The notes beneath the pieces are model-generated. The model worked only from the letters and a program-made list of their open reading frames with translations, was not told the origin of the DNA and searched no databases. Shown piece after piece: positions 41,145 to 53,883 of a DNA stretch of 64,000 nucleotides. Each line of letters opens with the position of its first letter. Position 1 is the stretch's first letter. The translations under genes and the position numbers were made by a program. Source of the DNA: Pelagomonas calceolata (taxonomy: Eukaryota); the NCBI GenBank assembly GCA_918797485.1, contig CAKKNE010000006.1, positions 1,054,001 through 1,118,000 on the forward strand, written 5' to 3'.

Positions 41145-41726
41145 GGTTTAGTGCTGCGGCGGCGTGCGTGCGTGGTGCGTGCGTGCGTCGGTCGCGGCGA
41201 CGGCGTGAGATGCTGGTGCTGCAGCTTTTGGCGCCGTGCAAGCAGTGCGCGTCGCTAGCGTTTCGCGTGCAGTTTCTTGCCTCGACGGTGGTGCAGCGGT
41301 AGTGCAGCGATGAATGCCGCAGCGCTGCGTGTGGTTTGATCTTCACCGGCGAATTTCAAAGCCCAAAATTTGTATCGACAAAATGACACGCCATACGTAC
41401 GGGTCCGAGCGGGATCAACCACGCTTGGCGGACGAGAGTTCGACGTCGTGGGGACCGCAAGGAAGAATGCCAGGTCCCGGCACCCTGCAGACTGAGCCTC
41501 GGACCACGACGCGCGCGCCGCGGGCCCGCGAACGCCCCAAGCTACGACTCGCAGCAAGCTACGCACCACCCCCCACGCCATCGCCGCGGAACACCCCCAA
41601 AAAGCCACTCCCAGCAGTATGCTACGTACCACCGTGCGCCCTCGCTGATACGCCCCGTACGATACGCCAGCTAGTACTACTACGCCGACTCATCTAGCAG
41701 TAAAACCACTTACCCACGCCAAATGT

Positions 41727-44700
41727 TCATCGGATCGCGAACCCGCCACCGGTAAACCGCGTCTTCGCGCTTTGTGAAGCAGCCAACTGCGTCTGGGCCT
41801 GCAGCGCCCCGAGATCCCGCTCTTCCGCATCGAGTTCCCGCGCCAACTGATCTCGCCGCTTCGACTCGTAGTACTTCCTTTTCGCATCTTGCAACTCGCG
41901 CGTCAGCCGCTCGACCTCGTACTTGTACTCGGACAGCTGGGCCTGGTACATGTTGAGCTCCGACGCCATCGACTTCATCTGGCGGGTCTTGCCGCGCAGC
42001 GACGACTGGTAGACCGACAGCTGCTCGGCCACCTCGGGACCGGGCTGTCTGGCCAGAATCGCCTTCAGCTCGTCGTACAACCGTTCCTTCTCTTGTAACG
42101 ATAAGTCGCGTTCCACGACCTCTTCGGTCTTCTGGATGAGCCGTTTTTGCAGAGTTTGGACCTTCTGGATCATCTCGAGCTGGGCCGGGTCGCTGCCTTC
42201 CAATTGCCTCCATCTATGAATATTTAACGGTGTCTCGATCTCCTCGGAGAGGGCCTTGCACCTGCGCGGGGCGTCGCGGTCGCTCGACGCGGTCCGTAGA
42301 CTCTCGTGGGATCATGAAGACGGCGTCGCGGTGGCGTGGCGTCGCGCTGACGCCATCGACGCGTGACACGCCGCGACGGCCCCGACGCGGTCCGAATCGC
42401 CTCTTCAGCAAAAAAGAAATCACCCACAACATGATACGAGTCCCAGCAACGAAGGGAAACCACCAAAACACGTCAAGACGCGGAGCTCGCACTTGGCCTT
42501 CTCCTCCAACAAGTCTCGCCGGCACTGCAACAGGTCCCTTCTTAAATCGTCACTGAGCTGCGCACCGCCGGACGCCACGGCGACCTCGCGCTGCATGTCC
42601 CGGATCTTGAGCCGCAAGACCTGCACGTCGTGGACCCGAGCGCTGTACTGCTCCTCGCCACGAGTGAGAGTAGAATGCTGAATCTTGAGCTTCTCCTGGA
42701 GCAAGCCGATCTCGTCGTTGCGACGGATCACCTGCGCCCCCAGAATATCTCTCTCATTAATGACCGAGTCGTACTCCTTCCGCTGCGTGAGGGCCTGCGC
42801 GGAGCGTCGCGGTCGTGACGCGCGTCGTGTCCACCTCACTTCCATGAGAGTGGTTTCGTTTTTGATTTCGAGGGCATTCGGGCGCGATTCGGGGTCCGAA
42901 TGGCCCCAAAAGTCGAAAAAAAAACACCCAGCGCTGGAGTCGCATCGAAGCGAAGGCACCTTCGTAAAACGCCGCGAGCGCGCGTCGTCGTCCATGCGGC
43001 GAATCATCGACGCCAGCCGCCGGATCTCCGCATCTTGTTTAGCTACAATTTCTTCGTTCGCCGAAATGAATTTCTTCATCTTCGAGACCTCGTTCCGCGT
43101 CGTCTCGTACCTGCGCGTCGAGACCGTCGCGACACGGCCGCGGCTCGCTCGCGCGACGCGTAGACGCTCCGATGATCATGGAGACGGCGTCGCGTCGACG
43201 CCATCTTCCCAAAGTTCAAGTTAAGCATTGGACGCCGAGTCAGCACTGCTTGTCGATTTTCTTGTGCGCGAAGCTTATTTTCACGAGCGCCGCGTCCTTG
43301 CCACTGATCTCCTCCTTCAATTGGCCGAGCTGGTGCGCTTGAATTTTCGCCTTTCGTTTCATCTCCGAAATTTCGTCCTGCGCCTCGAGGAGGTTTTTAC
43401 TATATAAATTTCGGTCCGAGCGAACGGCCTCGTACAGGTGCTGCTGCTGCTTGAGCTTCGCTTCCCATTCAGAAATCTCCTTCTGGAGCTGTAAGAGCTG
43501 CATGTCTCGCAGCTTGACTTCCTCGAGGCACGCCGTGTACCTGCGCGGCGCATTTCGTGTCTTCGTCTCCTCTCACGCGTCGCGTCGATGGCGTCGGGGG
43601 GAGAGCGGGCCGTGGCTGGTCTTTTCGTCGATTTTGAGCCGTCTCGGACCGCGTCGGGGCCGTCGCGTCTCGACGCGGTCCGAACGGCCTCTTCAGCAAA
43701 AAAGAGACCACCCCCGGCCATCGTTCCTGGCGACGAGTCGAAGGCAACACGTCAACACGCGGCGAGCGCACAGGTTCCGCTGCTCCGCCGCCTCGACGCC
43801 GTACCTTTCCCGCTCCTTCTCCAACTGGTAGATCCGCTTGCGCTGCTTCACCGTCTCGTCCTTGAAGGTCGCCATCTCGGCCTCCAGCGAATACGCAATT
43901 CTTTCCTGTTCCTTCGCGCGCGTTTCCGTGACCACGATCTGCTGCTCGGCCTGTGTTCATAAATACGGTCGAGGGGCGTCGATGCGCGTCGTCTCCGGGA
44001 GTGCGGGTCGTGGGTCGTTTGTTTTTGGATTTCGAGCCGGTTCGGACCGCGTCGCGACACGCGACCGCGGCTCTCTCGTGAAGCCTCTCTGAGGGTCAAG
44101 TGACGACGTCGAAGCGTCGCGTCGATGGCGCAAGGACGCCGTCGCAGCACCTTCTCCGTCTCCGCTTTCGCAAATTTCGCCGCGCGCTCCATCGCGTCCC
44201 TTTCCTTCGCTTTGGCATCCACCGCCTTCCGGAAGCCGTCGAGCTCCTTCTGCAGCGACGCGATCTCCTTCTGCGCGAGTAGCAATGGCGTCTTACTTTC
44301 AGCAAGTAGTGTCTTGTACTGGAGCATGGTTCTATGTTCTCTGTCAGCTTTGCGGACGGCCTGCTTCTTCTCCAGATCTAACCTTATAACAGCTTCATTC
44401 GTCTGCTTGATCGTTTTTTGGTGTTGCACGCCTGCGGCGGGATGACGGTGTCGTCTCAGGGAGAGCGTGACAACGTCGAGGCGTCGCGTCGACGGCGACC
44501 GAGCGGCCCCGACGCGGTCCGAAGGGCCTCAAAATCGCATATAAAACCACCCACGACCTCGTGAGATGGCCACGAGTCACATGAACACGTCAAAACGCCG
44601 AGATACGCACCCTCGAGGTGCTGCTGCTGGTTCTTCGTGATCTGCTCCTCGAGGTCCTCCGTGAGCTTTTGCGTGCGCTGGTAGAGCGTGTCGTAGTCCC

Positions 44701-45774
44701 TTAAATATTTGTCCATGGTGTTCCTGGCGTCGTTTAATTGCGTTTCGAGCTCTTTCCCGTGGGTTTTCGCCTCCGTCGCTTCGGCCTGCAAAGCTTCCTG
44801 CTCGCCCGTGCGAGCCTCGAGGAGCTTGAGCGTGTTCTTGAGCTCCTTGTCGAGGCGCTCCTTCGACCTTTGACCCCTCTGGACTTCTGCCGACCGAGCT
44901 TGGAGACTTTGCTCGAGGTCCGCCTTGTCCCCTCGGAGCGTGGCGCACTCGACACGCTCGCTCTCAAGGACCTCGGTCATGTTGGTCAACTGCGTCTCGA
45001 GGACCTTGCACGTCCCGGTCGCTTCGTCCGTCTGCCGTTGGAGCTCGTCCCTCGCCGCGGTCAATTCTTGGACCAGGCCCTCTTGCGTGCCCGTCAACGC
45101 GGCGCTCTTCTCGACGAGACCGCTCAAATTCGCGATCTCCTCCTTGAGCGACGTGATCGTTTCTTTGGCGCTCGTTTCTTTCGATTGCGCGGTGTCGACC
45201 TGCGCGGAGCATCGTAATCGAAAAAGAAACGACCCCCGGCATCGTGCGATGGCCACGAGTCCATCCAAGGAAGTGAAGGCACCGCAACACCTCAAAACGC
45301 CGAGATCGCACCATCTTCCAGGCCTTCTCGACCTCGCTCCGCAGCGTCGTGATGGTCTGTTGATCATCTTGACTGAGTTTGAGGGCCGTGTGGACCTTGG
45401 AGGCGTTGTTCACGATCTCATTATTCAGGTCCTTGACTTTTTTAATGAGTTTTCTTTCGTGGTCCTGCGCGGGGCGTCGCGGTCGCTCGAAATCGGAAAA
45501 GAGACCACCCACGGCCTCGTGAGATGGCCACGAGTCGAAGGCACCGCAAGACGGGACGCCGCGAGCGCACGTGGCTGCGAACTAAAGCGCGGTGGACCTT
45601 CTCGTATTCGGCCCTAAACTCGTCTAAAGATTCATCTCCAGCGAGCGTCGCGAGGACGTCCTGGAACTCCTTCTCGAGGGTCTCGAAGGCGGAGAGCGAG
45701 AGGGCCTGGTCGTCGTCCTCCAATAAGCCCTTGAGGCCGCTCGACGCTCCTTCGCCCTCGACGTCGACGTCCAT
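41727..45774 (-). CDS. CFAP58: Cilia- and flagella-associated protein 58 (CCDC147), 9 exons, ~887 aa
   Basis: FRAEYEKVHRAL, ALKLSQDD, EKAWKMVD, YEAVRSDRNLYSKNLLEAQDEI, ERDILGAQVIRRNDE, NIHRWRQLEGSDP and RFTGGGF. Confidence 0.93.
42262..42492 (-). mobile_element. Introner-like intron (231 bp)
   Basis: Donor GTGCGAGC versus exon start GTGCAAGG (6/8). Carries shared modules. Confidence 0.85.
42795..42983 (-). mobile_element. Introner-like GC-AG intron (189 bp, in-frame, stopless)
   Basis: GCGCGCTCGCGGCGTTTT...GCTCCGCGCAG. Modules occur in both orientations. Confidence 0.78.
43111..43246 (-). mobile_element. Introner-like intron (136 bp)
   Basis: GTGCTGACTCGGCGTC...ACGCGCAG. Confidence 0.85.
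43541..43771 (-). mobile_element. Introner-like intron (231 bp) with internal inverted arms
   Basis: GCCGTTCGGACCGCGTCG ... CGACGCGGTCCGAGACGGC. Confidence 0.85.
43951..44150 (-). mobile_element. Introner-like intron (200 bp), module antisense
   Basis: GTGCTGCGACGGCGTCC...GAACACAG. Restores ETEK|AEQQ. Confidence 0.82.
44432..44610 (-). mobile_element. Introner-like intron (179 bp)
   Basis: GTGCGTATCTCGGCGTTTTG...GACTCGTGGCCATCTCACGAGG...CCGCAG. Confidence 0.82.
45200..45311 (-). mobile_element. Introner-like intron (112 bp)
   Basis: GTGCGATCTCGGCGTTTTGAGGTGTTGCGGTGCCTTCAC...GCTCCGCGCAG. Confidence 0.88.
45465..45570 (-). mobile_element. Introner-like intron (106 bp)
   Basis: GTGCGCTCGCGGCGTCC...CGACGCCCCGCGCAG. 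Confidence 0.88.
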
Positions 45775-46290
45775 CGTTTAGTGTGGCGGTCGCCGCGGGC
45801 CGCGCGCGGCTCGTCGGTGCGTGCGACTGCCTCGTCGGCGGCGGCGCGTTTGATGAAGGCGCGGCGGCGGCGCGCGGGGGGGCTGCCCCTGTACCTGCTC
45901 TGGTCGGCGCTAGGCAGCGCTCGACGCCGGCTGCTCGTGGGGAGCTGCGGTGGGCCTGTCCCGGGGACCACCTGAACCGCACGAACGGCGTCGCTCCGGG
46001 GCGTAACAGGCCTATACAAGGGCAACGCCGGCGTTTCGAGGCAAACCCCGCACGGAGTCGAAGTTGAGCCTGAAAACTGCCCTCGGCCCAGCCCTGGACG
46101 CGCTGCCCTTCCTTATACGGGGGTCGAGGCGACGTCCGCGGACGAACCCGTGAAGCACTTGAGCAGCTTCGTGACGCCGGACGACGCGCGCGCGCGCACG
46201 GCGGGCAGCTTCGTCGCAGGCTGCCCAAAGGACACACAGCGCTTGCTGCCCACACGACGCCAAGCGACGACAGACAACAAGTAGACCAAC

Positions 46291-49200
46291 ATGGGCCAGG
46301 TCATCGGCAAGGGCCGCATCCACGCCGACGCTATTCCATTTATCAACTTGGAGCCGGACCGCGTCGAGAAGCTGTGGAGCCACTACAAATTACATTCCGA
46401 CGGCTTCGCCCTGGACCCGGACGCGTTACAACACGTCCTCAAAATTATATACGAGGACGACGAGGCCTTCGAGCAGAAATGCCGCGCGTTGTTCGCTAAA
46501 TTGGACACGGACAGAAACGACTTAATCGACGCCCTCGAGTGCCTCGCGACGCTCGCGTCAGCTTCTGGGATGAAGCCGCAACGCAAATTAACTTTTGTGT
46601 TCGACCTCTACGACTTCTCGGAGAGCGGCGAGTTACTGTTAGATGAAGTTACTTTACTGTTGAAGTCTACCGTGACCGGCCTGTGCAAGATTTCTGAAGG
46701 CGAGTCCATACCGTCGCTCAAGGAGTTCGAGGATTTGGCACGCCTCGCGCTGAAGCTGGAGCCGTCGAAAGACGGGAAAGCCGTGCGGGACGTCACAAGT
46801 ACGATTAGTAGAGCTCAATTCGTCGCCTACGCCGTCGCGAACCCCACGATCAGTTCCTGGCTGAACCACTACGACGACTTAACGGCGCCCGTTGCCGTTT
46901 CCACTGAATTTGGGTTGCAGCTGCTACCGGTGAGTGACGAGTACGACTTGTATAAGCGTAAAGGCGCGTTCGAACCGAGACCGGGCTTGAATGAAGCTCC
47001 GTGTCTCGCGAAGTACGCCGCACTCACACCGAAAGTTCCCGAAGGTGAAGAATTCGTACCGCGGACGGCGACGGACGCGTCGCTCGAGCTCGATTACGTC
47101 TTCGGCTTCGGCGCTCCTGGAAGTAGGGGATCCGCGGCCTACACGACTGGCGACGACGTCGCCTTCCACGCCGCGGAATTAGCTATCCTGCGGAGTTCGG
47201 GTGACGACGGCGTTTCGCAACAATTTGTGAGAGCCCACGATGCCACGGTGACGGCGCTAGCCGTGTCTTCTGACGGCGCGACCGTCGCCACGGGGCAGCG
47301 TGGCGATTCCAGGATTGTTGTGTGGTCCTCTTCTACACAGAGTGTCCTGGGAGTATTGAAATCACACACCGGCGCTGTATCGTTACTAGCCTTCTCCGAG
47401 GATGGGAAACTAGCTTCGATCGACTCCAATGGCGGTTTATGTGTGTGGGAAGACATGAAACGAGTAGCTTCCGCTTCATTGACGACGCCGGCGCTCGGCC
47501 TGTGCTGGACCCAGACGGGCTTCGTGACCTGTTCTGAAGAGGGCGTGCTGTTCTGGACGCGGCACCGGGGGAAATATGTGTCTCGATGCGGCTTGAACGG
47601 GCCGGCCGAGGCCTATACGGGGTGCGTTACCTTACCTTCGGGTGACGTATTAACGACTACTGGTGGAGGCGGCTTCGTCGTCTGGCGCGGCCGGAACTAC
47701 CTAAGGAGCGTCGACGGAGCGCACGACAACGCGATTGCGGACCTCTCACTAGTCTCGGGCGAGATCCCGCTCCTCGCGACCTGCGAAGGCAGCAAAGTAA
47801 AGATCTGGAAAGCTGCCGAATTAGAAGTAGTGATGCAGCTCGATCTGACGACGATCCCCGCGATTGGTGCCGCCACGACGGTTTCACTCCACAAATCAGG
47901 TTCGAAGGTATTAGTCGGGACGTCCGAACGGGAATTGTACGAACTCTCAGCTTTAGGTGAAGGTGCGCTCGAACCGAAAGACGAAGAGGAAGGAGGACCG
48001 ACGGAGGAGGTACCCGTGGGCGAGTTGCTCAATACGATCGCGATCGGCCCGTCCGGCTCGGGAATCACGGACTTTTCTTCCGCGTCGACGAAGGTCGCGA
48101 CCCTAGACGCCGACGGGATTGGAAGGGACGGCACGGTCGTGGTTTTGGATTTGGAGGCGAAATCCATTGTTGGGAGAGAGGTCGTCATCGGCGGGACGTC
48201 GTGCTGCTTGTCCCCGGACGGGTCGCAAGTGCTCGTGGGCAAGGAGAACGGGTCTGGTCTAGTGTTTGGCATTGCGGACGGCATCATGACGCAGGCGGGG
48301 GTCCTGACGCCGCCGGAGCCCGAGCCCGAGCCGGCTCCCGAGCCCGCGGAGGGCGAGGAAGGTGCTGACTCAGCGTCTGTTTCCGAACGTTTCCGAACTT
48401 CAAGGTCGCGTCGATGGCGTCGCCGCGATGCCGCACCGCCTTGACGCCCTCGACGCGGCCGCATGAGAGTCTACGCGTCTCGCGCGGGAGTCACGGCCAC
48501 GTCGCGACGGCATCGTTCCCACACAGGCGAGGAGCCCGCTCCCGTCGAGGAACCGGCGACCGTCGCACCGATCTCCGCGGCTCAGGTCTGCCGCTGGGCC
48601 GAAGGCACGCTAGCACTAGCCTGTGGCGCTACAGTATACTTATACGGTAGTGATTTCGCACCGAAGGGCTCCGCTTCATTAAATGCGGACGTCACGGCCA
48701 TGGACTTCAAGGCCGACGGATCGGTCTTGATGGTCGCCACGGCTGATTTCGACCTCGCCTTCATCTCGGCGGAGGACGGCTCTACGCTACCAGACAGGAA
48801 GGGCCGGAACGGCGCGTGGGCCACGTCCACGGTAGCGATAGCGTACGGCTTCAAGGGCGTCCTCGCCAGTCTCCCGCACTCGGGTCGCGACGATCCTTTG
48901 TGCTATGCTGCTTCAGGAAACCTGTGTGCGGTCGGGAACCGGTTCGGTTCGATAGACTTACTACCCTACCCGTGCACGGAGAAAAGCAGTAAAGTCACCG
49001 TGTCAGGCCACGGCGCGGGCGTCGCCGGTGTGAGTTTCTACGGCGACGACGGCTTCGTGAGCGCCGGTCTCACGGACGGTTGTCTGATCCTGTGGAAGGT
49101 CGAGTCCGATGAAGTCGAGGACGACGCGGCCGCTCCTGAAGAAGAAGAGGAGGAGGAGGACCTCGGATTTGACAAGTACGACGCCACGCAAGATGCGCAC

Positions 49201-52200
49201 CTCGCCGAGAGTGCTGAAGATGTTTCGGAACGAATCAGAGCTATAAGAGCCAACGATTCTCAAACTCTCTACGATCTAGAAGACCAAGATGGAGAGGACC
49301 CCACGGCAGCCTGGCGGGACGCAGTGGTCGAAGGAAAAGGCTCTTCCGCACAAGTCGTCCCTGTAGATGATTTGTCGCTCGAGTGGGTCCACGGTTATTC
49401 TGGACAGTCCATGCGGGGCAACGCCCGCTACGCGTCGACGGGGGAGGTCGTCTACCCCGCCGCGTCGCTGGGACTGGTTCTGGACAAGACGGCCGTGTCC
49501 GAGCGGATGGTCCGCAGTCAGAAAATGATGAGCGTCCATGCGGGCCCGATCACGGCCCTGACGACCTTGGGGGACCTCTGCGCCACGTCAGCTAATGCTT
49601 CGGTGTTAATTTGGTCTTCTGCCGATACGAGTGGTGTGCAAGGCTTTTCACTCTTACATGAGGGTTGTTCCGCCTTAGCATTTAGTCAAGACGGTCGTTA
49701 TTTAGCGGCGGCGTCGTGCGACGACGCTCACACTCTCCATGTGTTTGGCCTGGGCGCGAAGCAAGGTTTGGTCGCCACGGCCTCTACTGGTAAAGACAAG
49801 ATTCTAGATGTAGCCTTCTCCAAGGACGCGACGACGATAGTCTATGGTGCTTCGAACAGTTTCGGTGTCTGCACGTTAAATGGGTCGCTACTAACAGTAA
49901 AAAGAGGCTTATTCGCGGGCCAGAAGAGGCAGGCCGTCTTTTGCTGCGCTTTCGTTTCCAACGGCGACGAGGAGAAGGGCGTCGTCGGGACCCAGTCCGG
50001 TTCCATTTTTACGTTGGACGGTCGTTCGTTAGCCGAGGAGAACCACTCGCACATGGGAGGACCTTGCTATACGATGTGGAGTTGCACTTCTGTTGAAGGT
50101 GAATCAGACTTGGACAGTGTCGTCCTCGTGACGGGCGGCTACGACGGCAAGGTCAAGCTCTTCTCCTACGACATGGAGCTTCGATTAGAGTTCGACGCGC
50201 GGCAGCACAGCGTCGACGGCTCGGTCAGTTCCGCGTGCCTCAATTATGACAGGAGGAAGGTCCTCGTCGGGACGGCCGGTTCCGAGATTTTTGAATTCGC
50301 GACGAACGACGAGTCGGACCTCAATAAAGGACCGTTGGTGAGTGGCCACTGCTCCGGTTCACTCAAGGCCGTCGCGTGTCATCCCATACTACAGGAAGTG
50401 GCCACGGTCGGCGACGACGGCTACCTGCGAACGTGGAGTCTGTCTTCCCATAAACAACTAAGAAAATTAAATGTGGGCCACGCGTCGCGCGCGCTCGCTT
50501 TTCTGCCCAACGGCCACGAGATAGGTGTGGGCTTAGGCATCGAAGGTACGGATAGTAAGGACGCGGGCAAGGTCCTCATTGTGTCCATGTTAAAACCATC
50601 CTTGGAGATCGCCAAGGAGCTCAAGGACGCCAATGGTGCCATCACGTGCATTTCCTTTAGTCCCGACGGTTGTTGCATGGCCGTCGGGAGCGCCGACTCG
50701 AACATTTACGTCTACGACACTTTGAATTCCTTTGTCTTGAAGTGCACGTGCGAGGGCCATAGTGACATACCTCGCACATTAGATTATTCTTCCGACTCGC
50801 TACGAATTATGTCCACTTCGTTTGCTGAGATGCGGTGTCATGACGCCCGGAACGGGGACATTTGTGGCTACGACGCGACGATGGAGATCAGCGACTATGA
50901 TGGGTGGACGGCGCCGCTGGGCTGGCCCGTCCTCGGCTGTTATCCTCCTCATTCTGACGCTACGGACATCAACGCGGTCTGCAAGTCGTCCGATAGTACA
51001 CTGTTGGCTACGGCCGATCGATCGGGACTCGTCAGCTTATACAGATGGCCCTGCTCTCAAAAATTGCCGGCGAAGACCTACAAGGGCCACGGCGGTGGTG
51101 TCGCGATGTGTCGCTTTACCCCTGATGGCGCTTACCTAGCTACGGTCGGCGAGAGCGACCGCTGTCTATTGCAGTGGGCCCGGCGGTCGAATGGTTCCTG
51201 TGCCAAGTCCAAGGGGGCGCTGCCTCCACAAACGATGAGTGACGTGCCGCCTCCTCCCGATTACCTCGAGCCCGAGGATCCTTCTTCCGCAGAACCTTCC
51301 GAGTTGGTTGCACCCTCTACACCACCTCAATTAAGCTTCTGCTACGGCGTGCCGCCCCAACTCAACAGGGTGGGGTACTCTACGCATGGTGATATTGTAC
51401 TGGGTCTCGGTAGCAAGGGCGTTGTGTACGACAAGAGCTCGCACACGATGCGCTTCTTCTCCTCGAAGAATTTAGTCTCTGCTTTTGCCTGCTCCGGTGC
51501 GTACGGCGCCGTCGCGGAAGTACAAGGTACAGTACACGTTTTTGACGCGGAGACCGGTCGGAAGTGCGGCTCGTTGCCTCCGTCGTTGAAGGCCGTGTCC
51601 CACTTGGTCTTCTCGGACGACGGCTCTACGTTGGTAGGAGTGGGCGTCGGTCTCAACAAATTGTTGACGGTGGCTTCCTGGACCTCGATGTCGGGTCGCT
51701 GGGAGGACTCTGTCGCTGCGGCAGCATCACCAATCCCGTTGACTAATGTAGGATTCGCCTGCTGGGGCGGCCCCTCTTCATTAGCTATTGGCGGCGTCGG
51801 CGATACGGATGCACCAGATATTTTATTTTGCGACGTTTCGGGCAAGAACGTGTCTCAACGAAAAACGCAATCTCTGAGTTTCGCCGCTTATACGGCCGGC
51901 GGTTCCGTCTCAGATACTATCCTGGCGGGCACACCCTCTGGTCAATTGGAGGTCTGGGCCGGTGCTACGGAAGTGAAACGCACTCAAACCACAGAGGCCC
52001 ATGCGGGCGGCGTGACGTGCGTCTCCGGAAATATATCTGCCGGCCGCGACGGCTGGGTCAAGGTCTGGTCGAGTGACTTGGAGTGTCTGCGGTCGTATTT
52101 CGTGGGGACCGCGGGTATTACGTCACTAGCGGTTTCTCTCACCAAAATCGCGACCGTGTGCGATGGTGCATTGGTGGAAATTGTGGCCGACAGTGGATGT

Positions 52201-53133
52201 GCTTCCACACTCTTGCAGGGTGATGGTAGTGGACAATGTGGTTTAGACGAAAAGGACGGCACTTTGTGTATTACGGGCGACGGCGGTTATGTGAGATTAT
52301 TCTCTTCAACCACGAGGCAACTGAAGACAGCCTTCTCACTCACAGGATTCCCGTCGCGCGCTTGTGCCTTCGCGCCCGGTGAGAGTACCCATTTAGCTAT
52401 AGGGATCGGTTCCGGCGCGCCGTCACTCGATGTCGACGGCAAGTTTTACGTCCTCGATCTCGTCCCCGACGAGCATGGAGTATCTTTGTCGAAGATCGCG
52501 GAGGGCCACAACGCCAAGGCTTACATAACCTGCGCTTCCTATTCTCCCGATGGCCAGACTCTTGCTCTTGGAGCTGCTGATAATGTGATTTACTTACATG
52601 GCGTCAATGGTTCAACTCCGTATGAGCTCTTCGCCGTCTTCGACAAGCACGAGGCGCCGATCCGATGCCTGGACTTCTCGTCCGATAGTAGTACTATCAG
52701 AGCGGTGTGTGTCAACAACGTCCTCAAGTCTTGTAAGAGCGCGTCGGGCGACGAAGTGCCTCTGTCGGATATTGCGTGGGCGACAGCTAGGTGCCCGGTT
52801 GGTGCTTTAGTCTCAGGCTTATCGAACGCGTCGGATCCGCCCGTCGCTTGTGCAGTGAACGACGGTACCATTGTTTCTGCATCACATTTTGGCTCCGTTT
52901 CAGCTCGAGTCTGGCCGGCGACGGACGCCGCGTCGGCACCATCCACAAGGGGCCACGGCGGGCCCTGCGCGTCGATCGTCTACGCGTCGACCGTCGCGTC
53001 GGCCGGCGCGTTCGACGGCTGCGTGCTGCAGTGGAACGTGGCGCCTGCTACGGCGGCGCCGCCGCCGCCGCCCGACCCCGTCGTCGTGACCGAGGTCGAG
53101 CCGGAGGCGGAGGACGCTCCTGCGGAAGAGTAG
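46291..53133 (+). CDS. EF-hand + EML (HELP/WD40) microtubule-associated protein, EML5/6-like; exons 46291-48361, 48527-53133 (~2225 aa)
   Basis: MGQVIGK start, EF-hands DTDRNDLIDALE and YDFSESGELLLDE, HELP-like LELDYVFGF and LSLEWVHGYSG..RGNARY, and many WD40 repeats. Confidence 0.88.
48362..48526 (+). mobile_element. Introner-like intron (165 bp)
   Basis: GTGCTGACTCAGCGTCTGTTTCCGA...GAACTTCAAGGTCGCGTCGATGGCGTCG...CCACACAG. Confidence 0.88.
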
Positions 53134-53406
53134 TTGCCTCCTTCCCCCTTCCTAAGAGAGGTTTCTACACTACTATGTCGTTACGGGCGCCGCCGCGGCG
53201 CCGTCGAGGGCAGGTCGCACAAGGACGCCTACAAGCCGGCGCTAGGATCCCGCAGAAGGGCCCTTCTCTCGACATGGGCTCCGCGAAGATGGTCGGCTCC
53301 TACGGGGTCCGTCGCTGCGGCGCTGGCCTACCAGGGCTAGGTGTCGGTTGTCGCGCGTCGCTCCGCTCTAGGTCTTCAGATAGACAACAGTTTTTACGCG
53401 CCAATG

Positions 53407-53883
53407 TCACCTCGCCTCGGGCGCGACGCGCGCCTCGACGGGCTGCGCCGCGGGCACCTGGACCTGGAACGTCGCGCCCGGCGGACAGCCCGGCGGGCAG
53501 GCGACCCGGATCGTCTGGCCGTTGTGCTGCGCCGAGATGACCTGGCCTGCCTGGCAGCCCGGCGGCACCTGCAGCGCGATCAGGACCTGGCCGGCTGGCG
53601 GCCCGCCGGGCGCCGGCTGCGGCGGCGCCGGCTGCTCCGGTTGCGGCGGCGCCGGCTGCTCCGGTTGCGGCGGCGCCGGCTGCGGCTCGCGCTCCGGCGA
53701 CGGTGCGACCTTCTGCGGTGCCGACGGTTGTGTTGTTCGGACGGGCGGCACGTACGCCGTCTCCGGGAGCTCGTCCGGAGAACCGTAGCGCCTGGGGTTC
53801 ATGATCCGCCGCGCGCGCTCGGCCTCCCTTCGTCGATATTCGCTGCTCACGCGCGCCTCCGGCGACGAGGCGCTGCCGCCCAT
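53407..53883 (-). CDS. Hypothetical Pro/Gln-rich protein with N-myristoylation motif
   Basis: MGGSASS start, 24-bp repeats encoding QPAPPQPE, and C-terminal VPPG..GQ / PPG..PG..F.V duplicated motif. Confidence 0.65.
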   Translation of the reverse strand: MGGSASSPEARVSSEYRRREAERARRIMNPRRYGSPDELPETAYVPPVRTTQPSAPQKVAPSPEREPQPAPPQPEQPAPPQPEQPAPPQPAPGGPPAGQVLIALQVPPGCQAGQVISAQHNGQTIRVACPPGCPPGATFQVQVPAAQPVEARVAPEAR

